From contig BDGG01000008.1 in NCBI GenBank assembly GCA_001949185.1, forward strand, positions 1 to 64,000: DNA of 64,000 bases. The letters run 5' to 3'. This stretch comes from Ramazzottius varieornatus (lineage: Eukaryota; Animalia; Tardigrada). The notes below the pieces were generated by a model. It was not told the origin of the DNA and did not search any database. It was given only the letters and a program-made list of their open reading frames with translations. The position numbers were made by a program, and so were the translations under genes. The stretch's first letter is position 1. Every line of letters starts with the position of its first letter. This document shows positions 27,585-38,800 of this stretch, one piece after another.

Positions 27585-29084
27585 ATGGCTGATGAAGAGA
27601 AAGAGAAGGAGAAAAAAGACAAGGATAAAGATGCTAAAGATGACTTGGCTCCGGGGGAAGTTATCAGTCCAACGGAGTACAAAATGTTCGATCCATCCAA
27701 CATGCAGAAATCCCTTTCTATACCACAAAAGCCTGTGTACGCTTTTCAGCGTCAGTTGGCAGGGACCCTTCAGCGGAGACTCGAAAATATCCGAATGAAA
27801 CTCGGTAGCGATGATTCACATCCCGTGGCGGATAAGAACGAAGTGGCTGAGCTGGTGGCCGGTCTCCAGCCATGGGAAGACATCGATCCTTCCACGGGCC
27901 AGTTACTCGAACTTCGAACCGGAAGTATCTCGCAACCAGCAAAACAAGCGTTGTTAGAAGACATTAAAGCTCCTACCGTAACCGTAACTCAACCTGCAGC
28001 TCATGCGGAACCTGGTGCAGCTCCTGGCCAAGCGAAACTTGCAGGTCCTCCGCCCAACATCACACCGTCGATTGCCAAAGAAATGCGTGGTGCTCTTCCT
28101 AAGGCGAAGGTGGAAGATAAAAATGCCATGCCTCCTGTGAACCGGAGAAGCGCTGCTCCTCCTGTCAAGTTCGAAGGTACCTAAAATCAAATTCAATAAC
28201 TGATGTACAGCGTATGGGACTTGGGCAAATGATTTGAACCAGATCTTTTTTCCCAGTGGCGCACACTTCCAGGCAATAAGAAAGGAAAGGTGCGCCACTT
28301 TAGACAGCGATCTGGTTCAATCCATCTGTTCACGTTTCGTGCTATTTTTAGTATTTTAACTTACGTGATTTATCTCGAAGGTGTAATAAAAGCAACGGAA
28401 CCTCTCGAATACGCCGATTACTATGAAGCTATTGAGAAGCAGGATAAATACTGGAGTGGTGTAGTAGGAAAGCCCCTGTCCATGTCCGTGGTAAAATTAG
28501 ACACGAAGGTCGGGCCTGCAAAAGGGATCTCGAGAGACCCATTAAACCCCACACAGAGAAGACGAGCATCACTTTCACAACCACCGCAAACCGTCGCATC
28601 CAAGAACGACCGAGGCGACATGCCAGGAGGTCGAGATCTTTCCGTTGCTGTAAACGCCCGAAACGCCCAAACATTAGCGTTTCCATCGGTCTTGAAGAAG
28701 ACCAACTCGAAAAGACCGGCGGGAACTCCCGCTTTCCTCGACGGTGTCATCGAGTACTTCACCCAGTCTGTGTCCCCAGACTGCAATCTCAGTTCGTGGC
28801 TGTCACCTGTTGATATTCAGCCGGTTTTCAGGATAAAGGATGTTCCGCCGGATGTTGAGAATATTATAGTGACCATTGCCAAAGTAACGCATAGTAAGTT
28901 TATTGACGATCAAGGTATCGCTGCGCTAATAAGGTCCGCTCTTGAAAAGTATCATGGTTATGCTTGTAAATGGCACGTTGTAGTGGGCCGGAAGTTTGGC
29001 ATGAATGTCAATGCCGATAAAGGCAACTTTCTCTTTATGTACATTGGCCATCTTGGCTATGTTGTCTTCCGGACATTCGGCTGA
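27585..29084 (+). CDS. About 430-aa protein with C-terminal dynein light chain (LC8-type) domain, 2 exons (intron 28177-28380)
   Basis: ORF 27585 splices in phase (FE G|G VIK) to ORF 28290-29084. C-terminus IAALIRSALEKYHG..KWHVVVGRKFGMNV...FLFMYIGHLGYVVFR matches the DLC WHxxVGxxFG motif. Confidence 0.75.
28212..28341. repeat. Intronic palindromic element, copy 7
   Basis: AGTGGCGCAC (28255-28264), 25 nt, GTGCGCCACT (28290-28299). Perfect 12-bp arms TTGAACCAGATC (28234-28245) / GATCTGGTTCAA (28309-28320). Confidence 0.92.
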
Positions 29085-29439
29085 TGAAAAAGATTTCGTT
29101 CCGAACCATTCCAGAAATTGGTTTCGTTCGTGGACGGAACAAAAGATAACAGTCATATCTTGGTAAAAACGATAATAGACTGGACCAGGAGGCAAAAATA
29201 CGTCAAACAGACCTACTCTAAAAATGCACGGCAGATCTACAATACTCAGAGCGCAAAGACTGAGACGCAATACAAGGTGCATTAGAGAAGCATGCGACAC
29301 TGTAGTTGAAAATAATTATATTACAGCATGGGTTCTTTGGAAGCTTGAAGATTAAAATACCACTATCAAAACAGTTTCTTCGGTATCACTTCTGAGCTAA
29401 CGGAAATAAAGTTGGCCTCGAATTGTGAGTCTTCGTAAG

Positions 29440-30612
29440 TTACTTATGGGCGGTACTGAGACGTTTGACAGGGAAGTCTGAATTGCCTTTCGGAGCGCCC
29501 ATTCGTAAAGCCAGCTGCAAGGGAGACATGGTTCCCGAAGGTGGCAGCGGCGACAAGGACTGGCTGTAAATGTTGAGATTGTCATAGTTGAGAGCGTGTA
29601 TCTGCTGCATGACTGTGGCCGTAGATGGGTTCCCTTGTATTTGAAAGAGGATTCCGGGCACTCGAATGTTGTTGTTAGGTACCAGGCCCACGTTATTGAG
29701 ACCAACTGTTGCTGCTAACGGTATGGATATACCGGATACGGACTGAGATGAGCTTGAAGAAACCAAGGCTCGCTCCGCCGGGCGGGGAGATGCTGAGGCC
29801 AGCTGAGAGGTGCTCGGAACCAGCATGGATGTTAAGGTAGAGCTGGAACTGGGCGCAGGACTGGCGACTTGTGGAGAAGCGCTTGGGCGGTTACGGTGAG
29901 TATCTGTGGAAGAAACGCTGTCTTCTCGAGGTATCAGGACCAAACTCTTTCTGTCATCTTCCTCCTCGTTTCCGTCTATTTCAACTTCTTCAGCTACCTA
30001 ACAATGAACAGAAACATGGAGCCAATTGCCCATGTTGCTCGCTGAACAGAAAAACAATTTTACCTCAGTGACCGGCTCAACTGTTTGAACTTCCCTTCGC
30101 CGAATTCTTTCGCTAGCGTCCCTACGTTTCTGTTCTGCAATCTTCCGTCCACGCTCTTCCAGATATCGCTGATCCCTCTGAGCCTTGATAGCTTGCTCCC
30201 ATAGAGGCCGATCTATGAGGTTCGGACGTGGAGTAAAAACATCTTGACCCAGTTCACTCAGTAGACATCAACGACCACACCTAATACAGCACTTGTCTCA
30301 TGCACCTGCATACATAAGCTGAGCAAGATCGAATGAGTCTGCATATGCAGGTGGATGAGGAATGTATGAAGGATGCGTACGCAAAAAGGCTTTAATACCT
30401 GCATCGCAGATCAGCACCACACACGGATACCATTTCTCCCGGTACTTTGCAAGACAGATCTCGTGTTCGGCCACTGTTCCAATGGGAAGCGGTTTTAGAT
30501 CATCCAGTCCCACTGCTCGGACACGGGAAGGTGCATCCTCTGATAGCTCGTGCCAGTAGACGATGGCAGAACCGACTTTCATCAGCGGTTCGGGCGTCAT
30601 CATAAAGGCCAT
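29440..30612 (-). CDS. Uncharacterised protein, about 3 exons (Tudor-like N-terminal motif, coiled coil, Ser/Pro-rich tail)
   Basis: ORFs 30298-30612 and 29440-29943 linked by a middle exon with GT/AG borders. ICLAKYREKWYPCVVL resembles the Tudor CLA...WYR motif. Confidence 0.55.
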
Positions 30613-30879
30613 TTTAAAGCGGGCAAACGTAAGCTGTCCCTGAAAAGCAAAGGATGAGTCGGAACGAGGACGCCTTTAGAAAGTTTTTTGAGATTCTGGG
30701 AATGGAGATTTCAATGGGACTCTAAAGAGAACGACGGAATCTCACATCGAGGATTATACAAAAACTTAGATCGATTTGTTGAAGCTAAATGACATCGAAA
30801 TCTCTGTCATTGCTCGTTTTGATTGATTCGATAAAAATTTGATTGGAATACCTTGATCTGCCTTACGTCATACGTTATA

Positions 30880-31048
30880 CAGTGTACGACAAAATTAACC
30901 ATTAAAAATGGGCGTAATACTGCAGCTGGAGCTTATTCACGACTCGGCCAATCAGAATTATGTTTTTTTGCATGCGCAAATTTTATTGGTTTCATCCATC
31001 TGGCTCCATCCAACACCCATTTTCAACGGTTTATTTTGTCGTACACTG
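30880..31048. mobile_element. Tc1/mariner-type MITE, copy B
   Basis: TA-CAGTGTACGACAAAAT ... ATTTTGTCGTACACTG-TA. Homologous to 10894-11045. Confidence 0.88.
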
Positions 31049-31074
31049 TACATATTGCAGCCCACTGTTGTGAC

Positions 31075-31720
31075 TAGTGCTGGGATAAATTTGATATATC
31101 ATATCTTATCAAAATATATCACATCACAGTGATTCGATATGACAAAAATATCATATCGAAATATCGATATGGACGGAATATCGCTGAGCGGAATATGATA
31201 AGCGAAAATATCACATCGCGGTATATCGATATATTTCTGATATATCAATAAATCGCAAACCCGCACTTGAGAATCGGAACTTCGGAAGTCAATACTCCGG
31301 TTCGGTTCCGCGCAGGCAGCGCAGCCTCGCCCATAATGTATCGCGCACATGCATCCAAGTTGACTTCGAAAAAGTGAACAGTCAGCGTACCTAGGTCCGT
31401 AACGACAGACCTTGATAGACTGAGCAACGAACACACTCGCGTACACGAAGACATCTGAATCCTGTTCTGACTCGAACGTAGTGAACGCCAGCCGTTGGTT
31501 TCTCTTTGGCTCTTTCTTGATTTCGATAGTTTTCAACATGGTACTGGCTTGATATATCGATATATCACTGCAATAAAATTCGATACATCAACCATAAAAT
31601 ATCAGAAACGTGTCATATCGAAATACCGATACGTGGTTGATATCTAAAACGAAATATAAATATTGAGAGTTATTTATCAGAAAATATCTATCGTATTTTA
31701 TCGTATTTATCCCAGCACTA
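31075..31720. mobile_element. Non-autonomous hAT-like element
   Basis: Perfect 16-bp TIR TAGTGCTGGGATAAAT / ATTTATCCCAGCACTA with dense subterminal ATATC/GATAT motifs at both ends. No 8-bp TSD seen. Confidence 0.8.
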
Positions 31721-32661
31721 ATTCCATTCTGTTAACAAAGTTAATAGAAATTCGCGGGGCGGTACCCTAACGGGTACTGTTGCCGCCGAGGGAGGCTAAA
31801 AGGGAAGAAAACGGGAACTGGGATGATGGCAGCGCGTATCCCTAGTTCCCAACCACTGAATTACTCCCTGGGACTCAGAATGCAATGCTATAGCCTTAGC
31901 TCCTTCTTTTGTGACTTAATTTCGCTTCTCCTCAGTCACATTCCATTCACAAGCTTTATCTCCACCAATGTTGTACTTTTCCCTTCACTGGGCAAAGTTC
32001 AGCAGAGGGGTTCAAACACAAACTTACGAACAAAACCATCTCCGCAGCGACAGCTCATGCCCAAAAATCCCATGTTAGACCACCTGAAGTGGTTCGACAT
32101 GGGATAACATGGGGTACCAAGTCGCATGCAAGGTTTATTAGTAAGCTCTGCAAGCATTACGTAATAGCCTCACACTGTATCGGCGGCAACGGCAACAACA
32201 AAAGAAGCTGAATAGCTGACTTTCTTCCTTTGTCATATTCCACCACGAACAAACCAGAATCGCGCTAACTACCGGCACGATCCGAAGTGTCACGAGATCT
32301 CAGTGGAAAAACAAACGAACCGGCGACGAGCTGATACAGGGTTTGTTAGTTGTGCACGTACTACCTGCTTCGACCGCCCAAGGAGAAGAAGGCAGAATGG
32401 TTTGTCTTGGTCAAACAACTATCATTATATAAGTAAAAACAAAAGTCCATGCACAGTAGAAAATTATCATGAGTACAGATTACAAAACATCAGGAAGCAA
32501 GAATAAAAGGAATGGTCCACATGGACATTACCGTACACACAGGAATCTACGGACAATCCTATGTAAGGTAACGTAACTGAAGATAAGGCAGAACGAAGAC
32601 CAATGTGTTACTACAGTACATACTCGGGAAGATTTATGTAGAAAACAAGATGACGTCGACT

Positions 32662-34812
32662 CTACAGGAAGTTCTTCTGGAGGAAGCTAGACTTGCTTTT
32701 GTTGGGTTTGAGCGGTTTCATGTGTGCTAGAGGACTTCCTCCACCACCACTGTGTGCATCTGTTTGGTTGGTCGAACGAAGAAGCTCATCTTGGAGAATC
32801 GAGTAGAGCTGTGGGTAGATCTCACCAAGCTGTTTCTTCATGAGTTCGTAGTCCGTTCGGTCCTGTTCGAGTTTCTTGCGTTGCGCTTCCCATTCTTTGT
32901 CCCAGTTGGCGTACTTCTTCTCGAGGTCTTTCTCCGTGTCTTCGAGCTTCTTGATTTTCTCGCGGACCTTCTGGTCAAAGATCGTTTGCATCTCGTTCTT
33001 CATCTTGTTGATGCGTACTTCACTGTCTTTTTTCTCCGTTTCCAACTGCGACAACGGACTGCGCTGTTCGATGGCGTTGCGGCCACCCAACTTGCCAAAG
33101 TATTCGACACGGTAATTTTCGTAATGGACATCGTTAGTCACGTCCATCAAGTCACTCAAGTGGACACGCAACAACAGCCGCCGCAGCACCACAAAGTCAC
33201 AGTGGTCAGGATTGTCAATTTCCACCGTTCCCCATGGATACTTTCGACCACGAGCCTTCCGACCATCCCTCGTATCCACGAAGGTGCTACTACCAATCAC
33301 GGAAAATGGAATCAGCGAGTTCACCGGAGTCTTCTTTCCGTCCTCGCCATCTAAAACGCAACATGACACAATTTTTACGATGTTATTCCGAATTCTGTGA
33401 ATATGTGACATCCTTTTGAACACCTGCATACACGTTTGCTATTGTGAACACGTGGTTCTCTGTATGCAGGTGGGAGATGGACTTGTTTCTACAGACTACT
33501 GTATACCTTTATGGCGACCGTTCCGTTTGCTGTCATGTTCCTCGTCTTCCACATCGTTCTCGTTTTCAGCGGGGAAGTCGTACAGCTTGATACCGTTGTC
33601 TTTCAGTTCGCGGCGAATCTTCTCCTTGAATTCCTTGCATTCGTCGCTAGTGAGTGTATCAGCACGACCAATAACAGGAATGACATTAACCTTGGTTCCA
33701 AGTGCTTTCATGGCTTGTATGTCAAGTGGCCGGAGACCGTGACCGTTGGGTGCAATGAAGTACAGACAACAATGAATGCGATCGTCAGAGTACCCTTCCA
33801 AATCACGCTTGATGCTCATCTCGCGCTCTAAATATTCGTGATAACGCTTATCAATGTACGCCACCACTGATTCCCATGTGTTGCTGTTGTCCACGTAGTG
33901 CCCAAAACCCGGCACATCCACAATCGTCAGTCGGACCTACCAAAGAGAAATTCCATTGGAGCATCACATTCGATGAACAACAAAGCCGTAAACAAAAGCC
34001 TGACCTGGTCCATCAAACACCGGCTTATAACTAACCATACGTTAATAGCAAGACGCTTGCATGCAGGTAGGGGAGAGACTTTATACCATATATTCAAATG
34101 ACCTATTGGCCATAAAATTCGAGGGGCAAATTCCATCAAAACAAGAATGAATTAACTATCCTATTTTAAGTCGTCTAGACTAGATAGAATTTACGACGGA
34201 GACGCATCGAACGGAATATCCGTATAATATGCTTACCTGAACGCCCTTTTCGACGAGTGTGACGCGAGTCTTCTCGACCTGGATAGTTTGACCGATGCGG
34301 TTCGAGATGCCCGGAGAGTCCTTGCCATCGTAGATGTCGGAGGAGAAGAGCGAGTTGATGAAGGTGGATTTGCCCGTTCCAGTTTCGCCCACGACGATGA
34401 TGTTCAAGGCAAAGCCTTTACGGACTGTGCGACGGTAAACCTGGTTAGGTAAATCGGCGTAGCCGTTGTACTTTCCCGGAACTGCCGATAACGGCGGCTG
34501 AGCTTGAGCCGGTACTTGAGCGGATGCCACTGGCGAGGCTACTTCTTTATTGATGCTTGCATAAATGCTGGGGGAAGGTCCTGCAAGATGACCAAGAAAA
34601 ATTTATTATAATATCTTCAATATTCAAGAAAAGTTCGTGGATTAATCACCAGGCGAACCAGCGTGGCTGAAGTGTCCGACATTGCCTCCACGGAAGTTGG
34701 AGAAGGGGGAAGAGGAGTTGGAGGATCCGAGTGAACTGTTGATATTAGAGCCATTCAGTGAGGACGGCGCTTGATACGTCCTGCGTAAGTTGGGCATATT
34801 TGGCACAGGCAT
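32662..34812 (-). CDS. Septin, SEPT7/peanut-like (divergent)
   Basis: LPNQVYRRTVRKGF, P-loop GETGTGKST, DVPGFG, RIHCCLYFIAP, RGRKYPWG..EIDNPDHCDF, VHYENYR and a C-terminal coiled coil. Further 5' exon(s) to about 35130 are possible. Confidence 0.92.
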
Positions 34813-35887
34813 TTTTGCAGGCAGCGTCGTTGATGGTCGCTAAAGACGAACACAAAATTCATCAAGTAGCAACGGCTATGCGTAAGTTTGTAAGATGAGA
34901 TGTTGAAAGGAGGTCAGCAGTGAGATCTGCCGTGCGAAATGGTACATCACACTGCTGCAAGAAAAAAAAACGGTGCTGGGCCTGTGTGGGTGGACACTCC
35001 GTGCTCTTACCTCAGGCGTTTCCTGTCCTGCATCAACAATATCCGATTGTCTTGGTGGTGCTGCCACTATCAACTTCTTGAGCAACTGGAGGTCCCACGG
35101 TACTGATCCGTAGAAAGTATAGCAACTTTCAGAAATGGCGAAGCAAAATAGTTTTCTTGAAATGAGTCAGTCATTTCAACTTTCAAGTCAAACGACCACA
35201 TCCCAGAGGAAGTCATCTATTCAAAATCGACGTTTCAATCAATCAAACATCGAGGGTGGGGCTCTCTGCCATCGATCGTACGTGTTGAGCACGTACAACG
35301 CATGCGCCTGAACGTTGTGCACATAGTAACAGTATTCAGCCGCAAAACAGCTAGTGATAGGTATGCATTTGCATGATGCAGAGGCATGGCAGTTGGTACT
35401 TCCGGTGCGGCTGCAGGTGACGCCAGACGGTGCTTATGCTTATCGGAAAACTCTGAAAGTCGGAATAAAGAAAGAACCGCTGTCCAGTTATCCATGCAGT
35501 GGAGCCCACCTTTCGAGAGAGGAAGGTCGGAAGATAGTTGGATTCGCAAAAGGAATGGGGAAGGAACCGATGTACAGCATTTTCAGCACCCCCTCCATCC
35601 AGTACGCGATGTCGAAACCTAGGGAGGACAAGACCATGGAGGTGTACCTCGGGATATTGAGTCTTATCGATCGCGATCGTCGTCGCGGTAAGAGATCACC
35701 TAGCTGCAGGTGAATTTCTCATTTCTGCACGAAGTATAAAATGTTCTTTCGTTTCGTTCCTTTGTTTTATGTTCAACCCAAACGATTTTCAGTTTTCTTT
35801 GGAAATTCGAACTACGAGAGGCTCCTTAATTATAGCGCTGTGTAACCTCTAAGCGACATCAGAGAAAGATATCGTTAACGGAAGACA

Positions 35888-38800
35888 ATGGAAAACCCCA
35901 CGGACAACAGTGTTTTCGTAAGCGACTTTCGATTTTGACCTATCTTTGAATTTCTTTTCTGGAGTGATGTTGTAGACCACCGTGGATTTCTACCTGGAAT
36001 GGGAAACGTACGAGCAAGCGCGACACTACGTTCGTCAAATGCCAAATTACACCAGGGAAGAGGGTTTATCTGTTTTCCTGCATGCAACTTTCAGTTTGCT
36101 CGAAGGTACGATACACGCGAGTTTTTTGCAACGAACGTTCTACTCCCAGAGACTCTCTTTAGTGAATAATTATGACTACTGGCCGTTCACTTCACGTACG
36201 GTTACCTTCCGGTTGTCTGTTTGACAGGAAACATTACGGAAGCATTGCGAGACTTTGGTGTCCTAACACAGCACAGAACGCTTGCTTTGCCCGCACTAAC
36301 AGGACTACTGTGCGCACGCCGGCGGCAGCACCCGCTAGGTTCGTTTATCCCGGAAAAAGATTTCAGTAGTCTAAACAGTCTACTCTGGTTGATGCATCGC
36401 TTTTCGGCTTATTTCTAGACAATCTGGCCATATCGAAACTACTTACGGCGATAGGAGATGCGCGGACTGGCGGCGATCTGGAGGTCAGTCGTACTGCACA
36501 TATGTATAATATAAGAAATTTGACTAATATTTCTGATATCTATGTCCAATCATCTTGTGCTGACATAGAGTGTACACCTCAGCGCGTGGCTCTGCTACCA
36601 CGACAGGGATTACGAACATGCCCAGACGTTGTTAAGGGATTCTGTGGAAGGAAACTATCCGGAAGCACTGCTGGTCCAGGTACCCACGGCCTTTTGCCCT
36701 GTTGATTCGACTCGAGAAAATTATTGACCGGTCGGTTTTGTTGTAGGTTCAAACATTACGTGCGTTGGTTGACATGAAAATTAGTGGACCAACCGACACT
36801 ACAAAGGCGACGTCAGACACGATCAGGTAGATAATCCTGCGAGTTTTCTTGAAGGTTTTCCGTCGAAGGACCTCCTCAGGACTTGCTGTTGTAACCATCG
36901 AGCTAAGCTACTGACAATGCATACGCTGTTTCGTTGCATAGGCCGAAGCCCCCCGACTCCGGCTCCATCGGAGCGCGGTTGGCACTGATAGACTGGTACG
37001 TTCTAAAGGATGACCTGGAGAATGCCCAGTCCGAACTGAAGGCTTTCGGGACCTCGGCAGACCGACTTCTGCCAGTACGAATGATGGCTGCCAAGATTCA
37101 GTTACTCCTCCGTAACTGGAACGGAGTATCCGCCGCACTAGACAAGTGTCTGACCCGGGATCCTCAGAGTCTGCCGGCCTATTTGTTGAACGTCGTTAGC
37201 GCATTGTTCTTCAGAGGGCTTGCTGACAAAGACCTGGGCAAACAGATCATCGCGCTGTTAGCGAGAATTCAGAAGAGCGAGCCGCGCAATGGAACTCTGT
37301 GGACCAGATACGTCCGCCTGTTTTCTCGCGCTGTAAGTTTAATCAATCAAGGCTGCAAACAGCGAAATTTTTTTCTTGAAGGCTTGAACTGCGTTTTTTA
37401 GATGATTGGAGACCCGCCAGTTCTCGAGAAATGTCTGAGTATGATCCAGGAAGCGATGGCTTTCGCGCCAAACAACCCCGCCGTTCTATACGAGTGCGCT
37501 GAACAGTACCTCCACCAAAAAAGATTCGAAGAAGCTCGTTCGCAGTTCGAAAAGGTCGTACCGCACGAGGGATACTCGGCCATGGCGACACTCGGTATCT
37601 AATACCTTCCTGCTCAGGCTTCTTTGTAGGACTTTTCATCTTATGTTAGCGGTTTCACTTGACTTCTGCCCCTGAAGGGCTAGCAAAAGCGTGTCGCGGA
37701 ATGGGTCAGTTCAAGGAAGTACTTGATTTGGTAACTCAGGCGAAGCATCGCTTGGATGAAGGCGCCAGCGAGTCGTCACGAAAGGTGCGTTTTCGATAAA
37801 CTTCAGGTTCTGACATAGGGTTCGCTTACGGTTATCATCTCTTACAGACCGATGTTCCTCTGCCACTGAAGGATGAGGTGTCGCTTATGGAAGCGCAGCT
37901 CAGCGGTAAGGGTAACTAGTATTCCGGTCGGCGGGAGTTTCAAGCGGCAAGGATCTTCGTATTATATTTAGAAGGGAAAGAAAGCAGAGAAACTCTTCTG
38001 CAGCTCGTTCAAAGCCGCGCGGCTTTAGTCAAGGTAACCATCCATCGCGCTTTCTTACTTACAGGTCGGAAATACGAATCCCTTGACGTCACGTGATCCG
38101 GCTCACGACTGTTTGATGCTGTAAGACCACGTGACATCGAGTGGGGGAGCATCTGCGACATTGTACGCTTAACACTGCTCTAACGATGAGTGCGCTGATT
38201 GTGCTGACCTTCACAGAAAAGTCCGCTGGACGTCAAATATGTGCTTTCCGTGGACCCCGTATTCATCGGGCAGTTAGTTCGACAAGTACTGTCGTACTGT
38301 TTTGCTGAGGTGGGTTCTATTCTGAGCTTAACTGTGATCGGGGCCAGCCTTCTATAATATCTCTCATCTTTTCCAACGCTAGAACGCAAAGATTACAGTA
38401 GAAAGTCCGATGATCGTCCAGACTACAGAGCTACTGAGACTTCTGAACAGTACACTGCCGAACTCGGCTGAAGCCGCCATTCTCCTGGCAAGAATATTGA
38501 TAACTCGTCAGGAACTGAAGACCGCCGAAACCATACTTTCCTCCCTCATTAACTCAGAAAGATTTGGGCAGGACTCGGAAGCCTTCGTTGTAATGGCAGA
38601 CGTAAGTCAAATTATAATCATAATTGTGATTTCAATAAATTAACCAGAAAGAAAAAAGACAATCTCGCGGAGGAGCGACACACTGTGTGGGAAACTATCA
38701 TTTTTATTTGCAGGTCTTTCTGCGGCAAAAAGTATTTAGCAAAGCCAAGACTTCACTAGACCGGGCAGTGGCGAACAGCTTCAACGTCAATGACAAGCTA

